DNA of 58,264 nucleotides, filler included, from an uncultured bacterium (GCA_964637655.1; 2 parts of 2 records of this genome joined end to end with filler, not necessarily neighbours in it), one strand, 5' to 3'. Positions 23,911-34,924 are shown, counted from the first letter of the whole stretch. The notes: generated from the letters alone by a model not told the origin. Program-made: numbers and translations.

Positions 23911-26252
23911 AGGCGCTCCGCACCTCCCGCGAACTCGCGGCTCAGCCGCGTCTGGAAGGTGCGTATCTGTGCGAAGGTCTCAGTCAGCATCCGCCGGTCG
24001 ATGGCCGTCAGTGCCGCCGGTGCGATCAGGTTGTCCGGTTCGCGTCCGTCGCGAATCGCCCGCACCTGGTGTTCGAGCCGCAGCCGCATCAGCCCGCGAT
24101 AGGCATGCACCAGTTCCTCATGCGCCGCCGCGTCGAGCGTCCCGCCCGCACGCAGCGCGTCGAGCCGGTCGCTGGTATTGGTCGCGTCAACTCCCTGCTG
24201 CAGCGCGTAGAGGCGGGCGAAATCAACAATGGGGGTCATCGCCAGTTTGCAGTCGAAGGTGCGCCGCCCGTCCGCCGCCGTGTCGAGCACAAAACTGCCG
24301 AAAGCGCCGAGCGGGGGCGCCAGTTTGAGCACGTTGAGCGCCAGCAGCGGCAGGAAACGCGGGGCCGCGGGAATGATCGTCCGCAGGTGCGCGCGCAACG
24401 CCGCCACCAGTTCCCGGTCGCCGCAGGCGGCGCGGAAATCGAAGAAAATTTTGCTCTGCATCAGGTCCATCGGTTCGAGGGTCTGCACCCAGGTGCGGAA
24501 CGTCTCCCGCCACTGCGCCAGTGACGCGCACCACTGCGGGTTGCGCGCCATCACGTCCCCCTTGCAGTGCGCGTACCCCGCCTGCGCGCTCAGGTCGCAG
24601 ACCTGCGCCGCCAGCGCGAGGAAATACGCCTGCACCTCCGCTGCCTGCGCCGCCGGCACATCGGCATAAATGATCGCGTTGTCCTGATCGGTGCGCAGCG
24701 TCTGCTCGTGCCGCCCCTCGCTCCCCATCACCATGAAAGCGAAGGGGACGGGCGGTTCCCCGAGGTCAGCTATGGCGAACTGTACCGCGCGCGCCACCAC
24801 CGCGTCAGCGACGCTGGTGATGAAGCGGTTGACCCGCCGCGTGCGCACCCCGCCGTCCATCAGCGCGCCGATGAGCGCGGGGAGCGTGCGTGCCGCGACG
24901 ACCATGTCGTCCGGCGTCGCCGCCTGCGCGATGGCGCGCAGCAGCCGCGTCGGCGCGTAGTGCTGGATGGCCGCCAGTTCGCGCAGCCCGATACTGCCAA
25001 TGGTCTGCCCGCGTTCGTCGGTCACCGCCAGCGGCATAAACCCGTTGCGTTCGAGCGACGGGTAGATCTCGCTGAGGAGCATGGTCGCGGGCACCGCGGC
25101 CGCCGGCGTGCCCTCCGCCGGGCCGCACGCCTCGCCCGCGGTGCGGTTGAGGAACGCCACCGCCAGCTGCAGGTCGGCCAGCGCCTGCTCCTGCCGCAAC
25201 TGCTGCTCGCGCTGCGCCGAGAGGTCGGCGGCCACCGCGATGATGCCGCTGCGCCCGCGCACCGTCACCGGGGCGAGCGACAGCACCACGGTCAGCAGCG
25301 TGCCGTCCGCGCGCCGCAGGTGTCCCTCCGCGCTCGCCGCCACCGTCTCCCCGCGCTGCAGCGCGTGATGCCGCCGCTCCCCGCGCTGCCGCTCCGCCTC
25401 CGTCGGCACGATGAGGTCGTCGAGCGTCAGCCGCGCCAGCGACGCCGCATCATGCCCGAGCAGGCGCAGCATGCTGGGATTGGCATAGAGCGGTTCACCC
25501 GCCAGCGCCATCAGCAGGTTGCCCTCCGCCGACTCCACCAGCAGGCGGTACTTCTCCTCCGACGCGCGCAGCGCCGTCTCCGCCTCACGCCGCGCCCGCT
25601 CCGTGCGGTAATGTCCCGCCAGGTTCCACCGCAGCAGCAGGGCGATGAGCGCGAGGATGCCCCCCGCCACCGCCAGCAGGTTGCGGCGCAGTGCCGCCAC
25701 CTCGTCCTGCACGTCGTTGGTATAGACCCCGGTGCCGATGATCCAGCCCCACGGGGCGAACAGTTTCACGTAGGAGAGTTTCGGCTCGATCCGCGCGGGA
25801 TCGTCCTTCCACTGCCAGCGATACGCGACGAAACCCGCGCCGTCACGCAGCGCCGTGCGCACGAACGCGACAAACAAGTATTTGCCCGCCGCGTCGCGGA
25901 ATGCCGTCAGGTCCTGTCCTTCGAGATCGGCACGGTAGGGATGCACCACCATGCGCGGATGCGTGTCATTGATCCAGAAGTAGTCCTTTCCCTCCTGCCC
26001 GTACTGCAGCGTGCGGATCTGCGCGATCGCCTGCGCCTGCGCCGCCGCCCGCGTCAGCCGCCCCGCGCGTTCCTCCGCCTCGCTCTGCGCGAGGATGTTC
26101 CCCGCCGTCGCCGTCAGTTCGCGCAGCAGTTCCCGCTTCTGCGCCATGATGCTCTCTTCCAGCGCCGGGATGAGCAGGTACCAGAGGGCAGCGGTGAAGA
26201 GCAGCACGGTCAGCGCGACGGGCAGCACTGCCCGCACCAGGAAGGTGTTCAT
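23907..26252 (-). CDS. Membrane sensor nucleotidyltransferase: TM-sCache_2-TM-PAS-(degenerate CBS)-DUF294-DUF294_C
   Basis: Cache_2 motif (IRTLQYG..GKDYFWIND..PRMVVHP..DLEG..D..G..LF..F..GFVAYRW..K..PKLSYVKLFAPWGWIIGTGVY); ASEEKYRLLVE..YANPS PAS; GSEGRHEQTLRTDQDNAII NTase; CKGDVMARNPQW, IFFDFR, K..PIVDFARLYAL, NTSDRL. Start placed at ATG 26252. Confidence 0.88.
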   Translation of the reverse strand: MNTFLVRAVLPVALTVLLFTAALWYLLIPALEESIMAQKRELLRELTATAGNILAQSEAEERAGRLTRAAAQAQAIAQIRTLQYGQEGKDYFWINDTHPRMVVHPYRADLEGQDLTAFRDAAGKYLFVAFVRTALRDGAGFVAYRWQWKDDPARIEPKLSYVKLFAPWGWIIGTGVYTNDVQDEVAALRRNLLAVAGGILALIALLLRWNLAGHYRTERARREAETALRASEEKYRLLVESAEGNLLMALAGEPLYANPSMLRLLGHDAASLARLTLDDLIVPTEAERQRGERRHHALQRGETVAASAEGHLRRADGTLLTVVLSLAPVTVRGRSGIIAVAADLSAQREQQLRQEQALADLQLAVAFLNRTAGEACGPAEGTPAAAVPATMLLSEIYPSLERNGFMPLAVTDERGQTIGSIGLRELAAIQHYAPTRLLRAIAQAATPDDMVVAARTLPALIGALMDGGVRTRRVNRFITSVADAVVARAVQFAIADLGEPPVPFAFMVMGSEGRHEQTLRTDQDNAIIYADVPAAQAAEVQAYFLALAAQVCDLSAQAGYAHCKGDVMARNPQWCASLAQWRETFRTWVQTLEPMDLMQSKIFFDFRAACGDRELVAALRAHLRTIIPAAPRFLPLLALNVLKLAPPLGAFGSFVLDTAADGRRTFDCKLAMTPIVDFARLYALQQGVDATNTSDRLDALRAGGTLDAAAHEELVHAYRGLMRLRLEHQVRAIRDGREPDNLIAPAALTAIDRRMLTETFAQIRTFQTRLSREFAGGAERL

Positions 26253-26478
26253 CGCCGGGCCGCATCCGGCATGCCGGCACAACCGCAAGCGCGTGCAGCA
26301 GCAGCGGCAGGCATCACTGCCGCGGTGGCGGGTTCCGGCATCAGGCCGACAGGCACATGTCGCATGCGGGCATGTTACCACGCTCCGCCCGCGCTGACAA
26401 ACCGCACCGCCTTTACAGCGTCACGACGGTATGCTATGGAACCGGTATGGTTGCCTGTTGCCGTCGGCGCGGTCCGGC

Positions 26479-29264
26479 ATGACGAGCCCCCTTTCCTGCC
26501 CGCAGTGCGGATTCCCGCTCAGCGCGGGCACCCGTTTCTGCAGCAACTGCCGGCAGCCGCTGGTGACGCCGGCCATCATAACCGCACGCCTGCAGGTGCA
26601 GTTTGAACATCTGGAAGAGGATGTCAAACGTCTCGCAGACGAGTTGCAGGAGGTACGCGCTGAGCTGGCTGAAGCGAAGCAGGCGCTGGCGGCGCAGGCC
26701 GCCGTGCCGCAGCCGGCCCTGCCGCCCGCCGGTTCCGGCACGTTGCCGTCCCCCCCGCCCGCAACCGCCGCCGCGTCCGCTCCGTCCACCGGACCGGCAA
26801 CGTCCGTCGGCCCGGCACTCCCTGCACCGTTGCCGCCGGCACCCGTCAGCATAGCGTCCGCATACAACCGACCGGCGGGTGAATCGGCAGCCTGCTCTGC
26901 GCCGCCGCCAGTGGCGCAGCCGGCCACTCCGGCAGTGAAGACCACACCAGCGAAGCCGGCTGAACCACCGGCCCGGAAAATGGATCTCGAAACAACGATC
27001 GGTGCCGTCTGGTTCAATCGCCTTGGACTCGCCGCGCTGGTCATCGCCTTTGCGCTGCTCGCCACGTATGTCACCCCGCGCCTCTCCCCCGCCTTCAAAC
27101 TGGGCGGCAGTTTCCTGCTCGACGGGCTGCTCTTTGGCGCCGGCTGGTGGTTCCGCGACCGCCTGAAACTCTTCGCGCGTCCCGTGCTGGCGGGCGCGCT
27201 CGCCATCGCCTTCTTCCTCGGTTATGCCGGCCATTTCGTTGACGCGATGGCCTGTCTGCCGCTCGCCGCCGCGCTGGCGCTGATGACCCTGGCGATGGTG
27301 GGGGTGCTCGCCTGCGCCGACCGCTGGGCATCGTCCGCCACCGCCGCTTTCGCCATCCTGCTCGGCCATATCGCCGCCTTCATCGCCGGCGGACGGGCTG
27401 ACGCCTTCTCGCTTATTGCCATTCTCTTTCTCTGCTTCGTTCCCGCGCTGCTCTTCCGCCGGCATAACTGGACCGGGCTCAATCTTTTTGCCGTCATCGC
27501 CGCCTACGTTTCGCATCTGCTCTGGGCACTGCAGGAGCATCCGCTCGTCTCAGTCGAGGTGCGCTTCTGGGCCAACTTCGCTTTCCTGACCGCGTACTAC
27601 CTTATTTTCACCGCTGTTGCCCTCGCCTTCTACCGCCGCCTGCGCGCGGGCGACGCGTTCCGCACCGTCACCCGCCTCTGCGGGCGCGGTATCGGCCCCG
27701 CGGCGCTCATACTCTACCCCGCGCTCACCGCTGTCCTCTTCTACGCCACGGACATCTACGCGGATGTCATCCACCGCTACCTCTTTCCGCTGGCGCTGGC
27801 CCAGTTCGCCGTCGCCTGGTGCTGCCGCCGCTGGCGCGAGGGCGACGGCAGCATCTACACTGCCGCCGGCGTCACCTTCGCCACGTTTGCCGTTATCGCG
27901 AAATACGACGGGCTGGCGCTCAATCTCGTCCTTGCCGGCGAGGCGCTGCTGCTCCTCGTCCTCGCCCGCCACCTCCGCTTCTGGCTGCTCAACCTGCTGG
28001 CGCAGATCGTGCTCGGTGTCAACTTCGTCCATTTCTGGGTTTCCGACGCCGCGCAGATCACCTCCTGGGCGACCTTCTTCGGCGCCGTGGCGACCGCCCT
28101 TGTCTATTTCGTCAAGGCGCGGCTCGAAGAAACCTGGCCGGTTGCACCGCCCGCACCGGGCAACATCACCCGGGCGCTCAATGCCGTCATGGACCGGCTG
28201 GTGCTGCCGCTCTCCTATCTCCACGCGTTCCTCGGCTGCGTACTGTTTGTCTATGGCTGCTACAGCGGTTTCTTCGCGCCCACCCGTCTGCCGCTGGCCC
28301 TGGCGCTCGGCGCCCTGACCCTGTTCATCGCCGTACTCACCCTGCGCAGCGGCCCGCTTGCCGTTGCCGCCTGGCTGCTCGCCGTGCAGACCCTGCTCGC
28401 GCTGGCAACCTTCGATTTCTCGCCCCGCCCCGCTGCCGACAGCGTTTTCATCTGGACCCTGTCACGTTGGCTGTTGCTCGGTTTTGCCGTGCTGGGACTC
28501 GTCACCCTCAGGCAGGCACGCCGCACCAGGCGCCCCTTTTTCCTGCTGTTCGCACAGGTCTGGTTTGCCATTGTCGCGATCGGCACGCTGCTGAGCGGCA
28601 GTTGCGGTCTGCCCCGCGGGGAAACCTACGCCGTTGCGCTGCTGGTGCCGCTCATTTTCTGGGTGGTGGCGGAACGCTGGCGGGAAACGCTCCCCGCCCA
28701 TGCCTGTGTCATGAGCGGACGCTGGCACGATATCATCGAGGAGACCGCCCGTTTCCTCACGCCGTACCTTGCCGCTGCCGCCGCCCCGCTCGGCGCGCTG
28801 CTGCTGCACGTCATCACCGTCACCGTTTTTGCCGACCGGACGCAAGTGCTCTTCTTCCTGAGCATTCTCCCCTGGCCGTTCCTCGCTGCCGCCCTGCTGC
28901 GCCGCAGCCGCAACCTGCTGCTGGGCGTGCTCACCGCGTACGCGCTCAACACCTGCTACCTCGTCTGGCACGCGCTTACGCTCGCCACGCCACCCGCGCC
29001 TGCCGATTCCTTTGCCGCGTTGCTGGCGGTTCTCGGCGCCATCGGCGGCGGCGTGTTCTGTGCCGCCACTGCCCGGCCGGTTGGACAACGCTCATTGCTC
29101 AACGGTTCGCTGGTCGCGCTCCTCTGCGGCATGGTGATGCTCGCGGTGCTGCTCAACCGCAGCGGCTGGATTTTCGTCCCGCTTCCCGGCTGGTTCGCCG
29201 CCGCACTCTCCTGCTGGCTGGTCATCGAAAAATTCCGCCGCGAATGCACGCTCCCCGACCGCCT
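26479..29264 (+). CDS. DUF2339-like large membrane protein with N-terminal zinc ribbon; truncated at the gap
   Basis: CPQC..CSNC zinc ribbon, coiled coil, Pro/Ala linker, DLETTIGAVWFNRLG motif, then many TM helices; the only stop is in the artificial linker. Confidence 0.8.
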
Positions 29265-29364
29265 NNNNNNNNNNNNNNNNNNNNNNNNNNNNNNNNNNNN
29301 NNNNNNNNTTAATTAATTAANNNNNNNNNNNNNNNNNNNNNNNNNNNNNNNNNNNNNNNNNNNN
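29265..29364. other. Artificial contig-join linker
   Basis: 44 N + TTAATTAATTAA (stops in all six frames) + 44 N = exactly 100 nt. Confidence 0.97.
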
Positions 29365-29796
29365 CTGCGGGAGGTACTGCTCAGCGAGCGCAAGGGACTG
29401 TTTTTCTGGTCGCCGGTGCTGCTTTTCGGCGTCGCCGGCTGGCTGACGCTGCGCGGACCCGCGCGCATCTGGCGCCTGCCGCTGGCCGCAGCACTGCTGC
29501 TGCACACCTGGCTGGTGGCCAGTTATTACAGCTGGTTCTACGCCGCCAGTTTCGGGCATCGCGGGTTTACCGACCTGTTGGTGTTTTTCGCGCTGCCGCT
29601 CGGTCTGCTGCTGCAGGCGACCCGCCGGCCGCGCCTCCGCCTGCTGCTGGCTGCGCTGCTGCTGCTGCTCTGCCTGCTGACGCAGGTGCAGGTGCAGCAG
29701 TACCGGCGCGGCATCATCTCCGGTGACGGCATGACCTGGCCGCTCTACCGCGCGGTTTTTCTGCGCCTTGATCTTCCTTCGCTGTACGGGGTATGA
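29365..29796 (+). CDS. 3' fragment of a GT-C-like integral membrane glycosyltransferase
   Basis: Open from the gap: ..LLSERKGLFFWSPVLL..YYSWFYAASFGHRGFTD.., a pattern typical of GT-C-like proteins; 5' end missing. Confidence 0.6.
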   Translation: MREVLLSERKGLFFWSPVLLFGVAGWLTLRGPARIWRLPLAAALLLHTWLVASYYSWFYAASFGHRGFTDLLVFFALPLGLLLQATRRPRLRLLLAALLLLLCLLTQVQVQQYRRGIISGDGMTWPLYRAVFLRLDLPSLYGV

Positions 29797-29882
29797 ACGG
29801 GAGTTGTCCGGCCGGACGGCACGGGATCGGCGTGCGCACCGCCTGCGCTGTACGAACCGGCCGGGGGGATGTCGGGAATGCG

Positions 29883-31274
29883 CTATTTCTTGACCAGGTA
29901 GTCCCAGACGCGCTTGAGAATGAACAGGAAGTGGCGGGGGCTCTGAATCTCCGCAAACTGCTTGAGCACGATGCGCGGCCGCAGGTGGAAGCGCAGCATG
30001 GCGTAGATCTGCAGATTCTTGAGCTGCTTGGGCGTGATCCCTTTCGGGGTGTAGGCGACGGAGGTCGGCTTGATTTTCGACCAGTCGATTTCCCGCAATT
30101 CCCCGGAGTGGACCAGCACGTCATACGCTTCTGAACCCGGCTGCGGATGGAAGATGGCGTACTGCGCCCGCTTCAACTTGAGTTCCAGCGAGAACCGTAT
30201 GGTTTCGTGCATGTCGGCGAGGGTTTCGATCGGGTAGCCGAGAATGAACAGCCCGGTCGGTTCGAATCCCGCGGCATTGACCAGGTCGACCCCCTTGCGG
30301 ATCTCCTCGAGCGTGGTGCGCTTTTTCATGTGGTCGAGCACGCGCTGCACGCCCGACTCGATGGCAATGGTCAGCGTGTAGCACCCGGCTCGCTTCATCA
30401 GCTGCAGCGTGTCGAGGTCGAGCGAATCGAGCCGCACGCCGCTGGAACAGTGCCACCACAGGCCCGGTTCCTCGGCGAGGAGCCGCTCGCAGAACGCGCG
30501 CACGTAAGCGCGGTTCATGGTCAGGTTGTCATCCTCGATGTGGATTTCCTTCACCCCGTAGGTTTCCCGCAGCAGGCGGATCTCACGCATGACCAGGTCG
30601 AGCGAACGGTAGCGGATTTTGCGCCCGGCCAGCAGCTTGGTGGCGCAGAAGGTGCAGTCGAACGGGCAGCCGCGGGAGATGATCAGCGGGGCGTTGGGAA
30701 AGGCCTTGGCGAACCCCTGGTGCGGCGCCTCGGGGAACCGGCGCGGGTCGATGAGATCCCACGCGGGCATGTCGAATTCGTCGAGGTTGGCGTAGTACTC
30801 CTGCAGGTTGGCGACCGGCTGCCCCGCCGCGTTCCGCCAGATGAGCCCGGGAATATCCGGGAAATCAGAACGGTCGCCCGTCGCGATCCCCCTGACGAAG
30901 CGCGGAAACCCGCGCTCCCCTTCGCCGCGGAAGGCAAAGTCAGCATCCGGGAGCTGGCGCAGGACCTGGTCCGGGTCGCCGGTCGGATGGGCCCCGCCGA
31001 CGATGGTGACACAGTGCGGCAGCAGCTCCTTGCACAGGGCCAGGGTGCGCTGCACCGCCGGAAAATCGCATGACCACATCTGGATGCCGAGAATGTCGGG
31101 TTTGCGTTCCTGCAGCTCGCGGCGCAGCCCGTCCCAGTCCAGCCCGGCGAGGGTGCAGTCGAGCAGCTGCGGCTGCCAGCCCGCCGTGCGCAGGGCCGTG
31201 GCGAGGTAGCCCAGCCCGATGGTGGGGGAGATGATGTGCGTCTCACTGACGGGTTTCAGCAGCAGGATATTCAT
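29883..31274 (-). CDS. B12-binding radical SAM protein
   Basis: N-terminal B12-binding domain (GLGYLA, VGGAHPT, GEGE), SRGCPFDCTFC (CxxxCxxC), EDDNL, IESG, FILGYP.ET. Confidence 0.93.
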   Translation of the reverse strand: MNILLLKPVSETHIISPTIGLGYLATALRTAGWQPQLLDCTLAGLDWDGLRRELQERKPDILGIQMWSCDFPAVQRTLALCKELLPHCVTIVGGAHPTGDPDQVLRQLPDADFAFRGEGERGFPRFVRGIATGDRSDFPDIPGLIWRNAAGQPVANLQEYYANLDEFDMPAWDLIDPRRFPEAPHQGFAKAFPNAPLIISRGCPFDCTFCATKLLAGRKIRYRSLDLVMREIRLLRETYGVKEIHIEDDNLTMNRAYVRAFCERLLAEEPGLWWHCSSGVRLDSLDLDTLQLMKRAGCYTLTIAIESGVQRVLDHMKKRTTLEEIRKGVDLVNAAGFEPTGLFILGYPIETLADMHETIRFSLELKLKRAQYAIFHPQPGSEAYDVLVHSGELREIDWSKIKPTSVAYTPKGITPKQLKNLQIYAMLRFHLRPRIVLKQFAEIQSPRHFLFILKRVWDYLVKK

Positions 31275-31406
31275 GCGCGCAAAGCACACCATCCCTTCCT
31301 GAAGTTGCCGACGGCAAAATACAAGATGGCGTGCGGTTTGTCAACCCGCCCCCGGCCCTGCGCACCGGAATACCTCCTGCCGGAGGGGCGGCGGCGATAC
31401 AACTTA

Positions 31407-31436
31407 TTGACAGGTGATGCCTGCCCATAGTACAAT
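31407..31436 (+). promoter_or_regulatory. sigma70-like promoter of the long + strand operon
   Basis: TTGACA(31407-31412)-N18-TACAAT(31431-31436). Confidence 0.6.
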
Positions 31437-31473
31437 CCCGCTCTGGTGTTTCAGGAAAGCAGGGTATAATTAT

Positions 31474-31956
31474 ATGGACAAGGGTGATCGCCGCGATCGG
31501 CAGGAACGGCTCGCGGCGCAAGCATTGCACGAATATCCGGGGTATCCGCCGGCGCTGGCTTTTCCGGCGGCGGACGAACAGGCGCGCGAGTATGTCGCCC
31601 GGCGGATCAACCAGGTGCGGCGGCAGCTGGAACTGCTGCGCATCCACTACACCGAGTCGGGCAAACCGCTGTATCTCGATGACCTGGCCAAGCTCAACAC
31701 GCAACTCGACGCGGTGCATGGGCGGCTGTTGCACGGTGAGTACCCGGCTTTGGCGGCCGACACGCCGGAACGGCGGGCACGCCTGACGGCGGCGGATCAG
31801 CTGCTGCTCAGACTGGTTGCGGAACTGGCGGAACTGGTGGCGGCGGTCGGGCAGTCGGCAACGCCAGTGCAGGATTTCGACGCGGCGCAGGCCCTGGCGA
31901 CACGGCTGCTGACGGCAACGGAACAGCGGTTCGCGGCGGATGCCGCGGATGCATAG
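31474..31956 (+). CDS. Hypothetical helical protein
   Basis: 160 aa with coding-like codon usage; follows the promoter and overlaps the rmlD start. Confidence 0.7.
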   Translation: MDKGDRRDRQERLAAQALHEYPGYPPALAFPAADEQAREYVARRINQVRRQLELLRIHYTESGKPLYLDDLAKLNTQLDAVHGRLLHGEYPALAADTPERRARLTAADQLLLRLVAELAELVAAVGQSATPVQDFDAAQALATRLLTATEQRFAADAADA

Positions 31957-32788
31957 CGCGACGCTCATCCTTGGGGCTGACGGGCAGCTCGGCGGGGCGC
32001 TGGCGCGGGCGCTGCCGGCGGCGACGGCATGGACGGCTGACGATTTCGACCTGTGCCGCCCGGCGGAGCTGCTGCTGCGCCTGCGCGGGCGGCAGCCGCG
32101 CCTGGTCATCAACTGCGCGGCGCTGACCGATGTCGACGCTTGCGAGCGGGACGCGGTGCGGGCGCTGCAGGCGAACGCGCTGGGGGTGCAGTCCCTGGCG
32201 CAGTGGCAGCAGGAAAGCGGGGCAACGGTTGTGCAGGTGTCGACTGATTACCTGTTCGACGGGCGGCAGGCAACCCCCTACCGCGAGGACGATGCTCCCC
32301 GCCCCTTGCAGGTCTACGGGGTGAGCAAGTGGCTGAGCGAACGCTGGCTCGACCCGGCACGCTCCCTGATCGTGCGCACCTCGACGCTGCTGGGAACAGG
32401 CAGGGCGAGTTTTGTCGGGCGGGTGCGGGCCTGGGCGGCGGGGCGGAGCGAACTGCGCGTGGTGGCTGACCTGGTGGCGGCCCCGACGACGGTCCCCGAC
32501 CTGGCGCAGGCCCTGCAGGAGCTGCTGGTGCAGCAGGTGCGGGGGACGGTCAATGTCACCAATGCCGGCGCCTGCAGCCGCGCCGACCTGGCGCGGACAA
32601 TGCTGGCCGGCCTGGGCCTGACCGCAACCGTGCACGACGCACGGCAGGCGGAGTTCGCCGCCCCGGCCCGTCGCCCGGTGTACAGCGAACTGGCGCTCGA
32701 CCGGTTGCGCGACTATGGCATCACCATGCGCCCGTGGCGGGCGGCACTTGACGACCTGCTGCGGCAGCAGCGGAAAGGCGGCACCTGA
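31949..32788 (+). CDS. rmlD: dTDP-4-dehydrorhamnose reductase
   Basis: GADGQLG, NCAALTDVDACE, STDYLFDG, YGVSK, PARRPVYS. Confidence 0.93.
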   Translation: MHSATLILGADGQLGGALARALPAATAWTADDFDLCRPAELLLRLRGRQPRLVINCAALTDVDACERDAVRALQANALGVQSLAQWQQESGATVVQVSTDYLFDGRQATPYREDDAPRPLQVYGVSKWLSERWLDPARSLIVRTSTLLGTGRASFVGRVRAWAAGRSELRVVADLVAAPTTVPDLAQALQELLVQQVRGTVNVTNAGACSRADLARTMLAGLGLTATVHDARQAEFAAPARRPVYSELALDRLRDYGITMRPWRAALDDLLRQQRKGGT

Positions 32789-33249
32789 TGGGACAGATTG
32801 AGGGCGTGAAACTGATACCGCTCAAGAAGCATTGCGATGACCGCGGCTACGTGATGGAGGTGCTGCGCCGCGACGCGCCGCACTTCATCGATTTCGGTCA
32901 GGCCTATATCTCGACCTGCTACCCCGGCATCATCAAGGCCTGGCACTGCCACCGCCAGCAGACCGACCACTTCTGCGTCATCAGCGGCATGGCGAAGATC
33001 GGGTTTTACGACGACCGCCCGGAGTCGCCGACGCGCGGGGAGAAAATGAGCGTGGTTATCGGCGACCATAACCCGCTGCTGGTGCAGATCCCCCCGAGCG
33101 TCTGGCACGGGCAGATGTGCCTCGGGGGGACGACCTCGGTGCTGCTGAACCTCCCCACGCACCTGTACGATTATGCCGCGCCTGATGAAGAACGGCGCGA
33201 TCCGTTCGACCCGGCCATCGGTTTCGACTGGCTGCCGAAGCACGGCTGA
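32788..33249 (+). CDS. rmlC: dTDP-4-dehydrorhamnose 3,5-epimerase family protein (cupin)
   Basis: [31 protein letters not shown]. Confidence 0.88.
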   Translation: MGQIEGVKLIPLKKHCDDRGYVMEVLRRDAPHFIDFGQAYISTCYPGIIKAWHCHRQQTDHFCVISGMAKIGFYDDRPESPTRGEKMSVVIGDHNPLLVQIPPSVWHGQMCLGGTTSVLLNLPTHLYDYAAPDEERRDPFDPAIGFDWLPKHG

Positions 33250-33265
33250 GGAAAGGAAACTGACC

Positions 33266-34924
33266 ATGCGCAGTCACCAGATGACGCAGGGCGTCGACAA
33301 GGCGCCGCACCGGTCGCTGTTCAAGGCGATGGGCTACAGCGACGAGGAACTGGCCCGGCCGCTGATCGGCATCGCCAGTTCGGCCAATGAAATCATTCCC
33401 GGCCATATCCATCTCGACCGCATTGTCGAGGCGGTCAAGGCGGGCGTGTATGCCGCGGGCGGCACCCCCATGGTCTTTTCCACCATCGGGGTATGCGACG
33501 GCATCGCCATGAACCACCAGGGGATGAAATACTCGCTGGCCAGCCGCGAACTGATCGCGGATTCGGTGGAGACGGTGGCGACGGCGCATCCGTTTGACGG
33601 GCTGGTGCTCGTTCCCAACTGCGACAAAATCGTGCCGGGCATGCTGATGGCCGCGCTGCGGCTCAACATCCCCGCGGTGATGGTCAGCGGCGGGCCGATG
33701 CTCCCCGGGCGCTGGCGCGGGAAGAAACTCGACCTGATTTCCGTGTTCGAAGGGGTGGGCGGCGTGCGCACGGGCACGTGCAGCACCGCCGACCTGGCGG
33801 AAATGGAGGAACGCGCCTGCCCGGGCTGCGGTTCCTGCGCGGGGATGTTCACCGCCAACTCGATGAACTGCCTGACCGAGGTCATCGGGCTGGGCCTGCC
33901 CGGCAACGGCAGCATTCCGGCGGTGGCGGCGGCGCGCATCCGGCTCGCCAAGCGGGCGGGCGCGGCGGTGCTGGAACTGGTGCGGAAGAACCTCACGCCG
34001 CGGCAGATCGCCACGGCCGCGGCCTTCCGCAATGCCATGGCGGTCGACATGGCGCTCGGCTGCTCGACCAACACGGTGCTGCATCTCCCGGCCATCGCGC
34101 GCGAGGCGGGGGTGACGCTCGATCTCGACCAGTTCAACGAGGTGTCGCGGAAGACCCCGCATATCGTTTCGCTGTCGCCCGCGGGCCCGCACCACCTCGC
34201 CGACCTCGACGAGGCGGGCGGCGTGCCGGCCGTGATGGCGGAACTGGCGGCGGCGGGGCTCATCGACACCTCGGCGCTGACGGTGACCGGGCGGACGGTG
34301 GGGGAGAATCTCGTCACGGCGCGGGTGCGCGACCGCGAGGTCATCCACCCGCTCAGCGACCCGTACCACAAGGAAGGCGGCATCGCCGTGCTGCGCGGGA
34401 CGCTGGCCCCGGACGGGGCGGTGGTCAAGCAGTCGGCGGTGGCCCCGGCGATGATGGTCAACACCGGCACGGCCAAGGTGTTCGACAGCGAAGAAGACGC
34501 CTACGCGGCCATTACCGGCGGGAAGATCGTTGCCGGCGACGTGGTGGTGGTCCGCTATGAGGGACCGCGCGGCGGTCCGGGGATGCGCGAGATGCTCTCC
34601 CCGACAGCGACCATCGCGGGCATGGGCCTGGACACCAGCGTGGCGCTGATCACTGACGGGCGGTTCTCCGGCGGGACGCGCGGCGCGGCCATCGGGCATG
34701 TGTCGCCCGAGGCGGCGGCGGGCGGGCCCGTTGCGCTGGTGCGCGACGGTGACCGCATCAGTATCGACATCCCGAACCGCAAACTCGACCTGCTGGTCGA
34801 CGACGCGGAACTGGCGCGACGCAAGGCGCAGTGGCGGGCGCCGGCGGCGAAGATCACCACGGGGTACCTCGCCCGCTACGCGCGGCAGGTGACCTCGGCG
34901 GCGAGCGGCGCGGTGGTGGAGTAG
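33266..34924 (+). CDS. ilvD: Dihydroxy-acid dehydratase
   Basis: [74 protein letters not shown]. Confidence 0.98.
   Translation: MRSHQMTQGVDKAPHRSLFKAMGYSDEELARPLIGIASSANEIIPGHIHLDRIVEAVKAGVYAAGGTPMVFSTIGVCDGIAMNHQGMKYSLASRELIADSVETVATAHPFDGLVLVPNCDKIVPGMLMAALRLNIPAVMVSGGPMLPGRWRGKKLDLISVFEGVGGVRTGTCSTADLAEMEERACPGCGSCAGMFTANSMNCLTEVIGLGLPGNGSIPAVAAARIRLAKRAGAAVLELVRKNLTPRQIATAAAFRNAMAVDMALGCSTNTVLHLPAIAREAGVTLDLDQFNEVSRKTPHIVSLSPAGPHHLADLDEAGGVPAVMAELAAAGLIDTSALTVTGRTVGENLVTARVRDREVIHPLSDPYHKEGGIAVLRGTLAPDGAVVKQSAVAPAMMVNTGTAKVFDSEEDAYAAITGGKIVAGDVVVVRYEGPRGGPGMREMLSPTATIAGMGLDTSVALITDGRFSGGTRGAAIGHVSPEAAAGGPVALVRDGDRISIDIPNRKLDLLVDDAELARRKAQWRAPAAKITTGYLARYARQVTSAASGAVVE

Noticed and set aside
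29309-29320. TTAATTAATTAA palindrome as a biological site
   Set aside because: It is centred in exactly 44+44 Ns and is a standard six-frame-stop contig spacer.
26431-29796. Joining the DUF2339-like ORF and the post-gap membrane fragment into one gene
   Set aside because: The linker is artificial, the skew changes across it, and the right-hand fragment has GT-C-like motifs unrelated to DUF2339.
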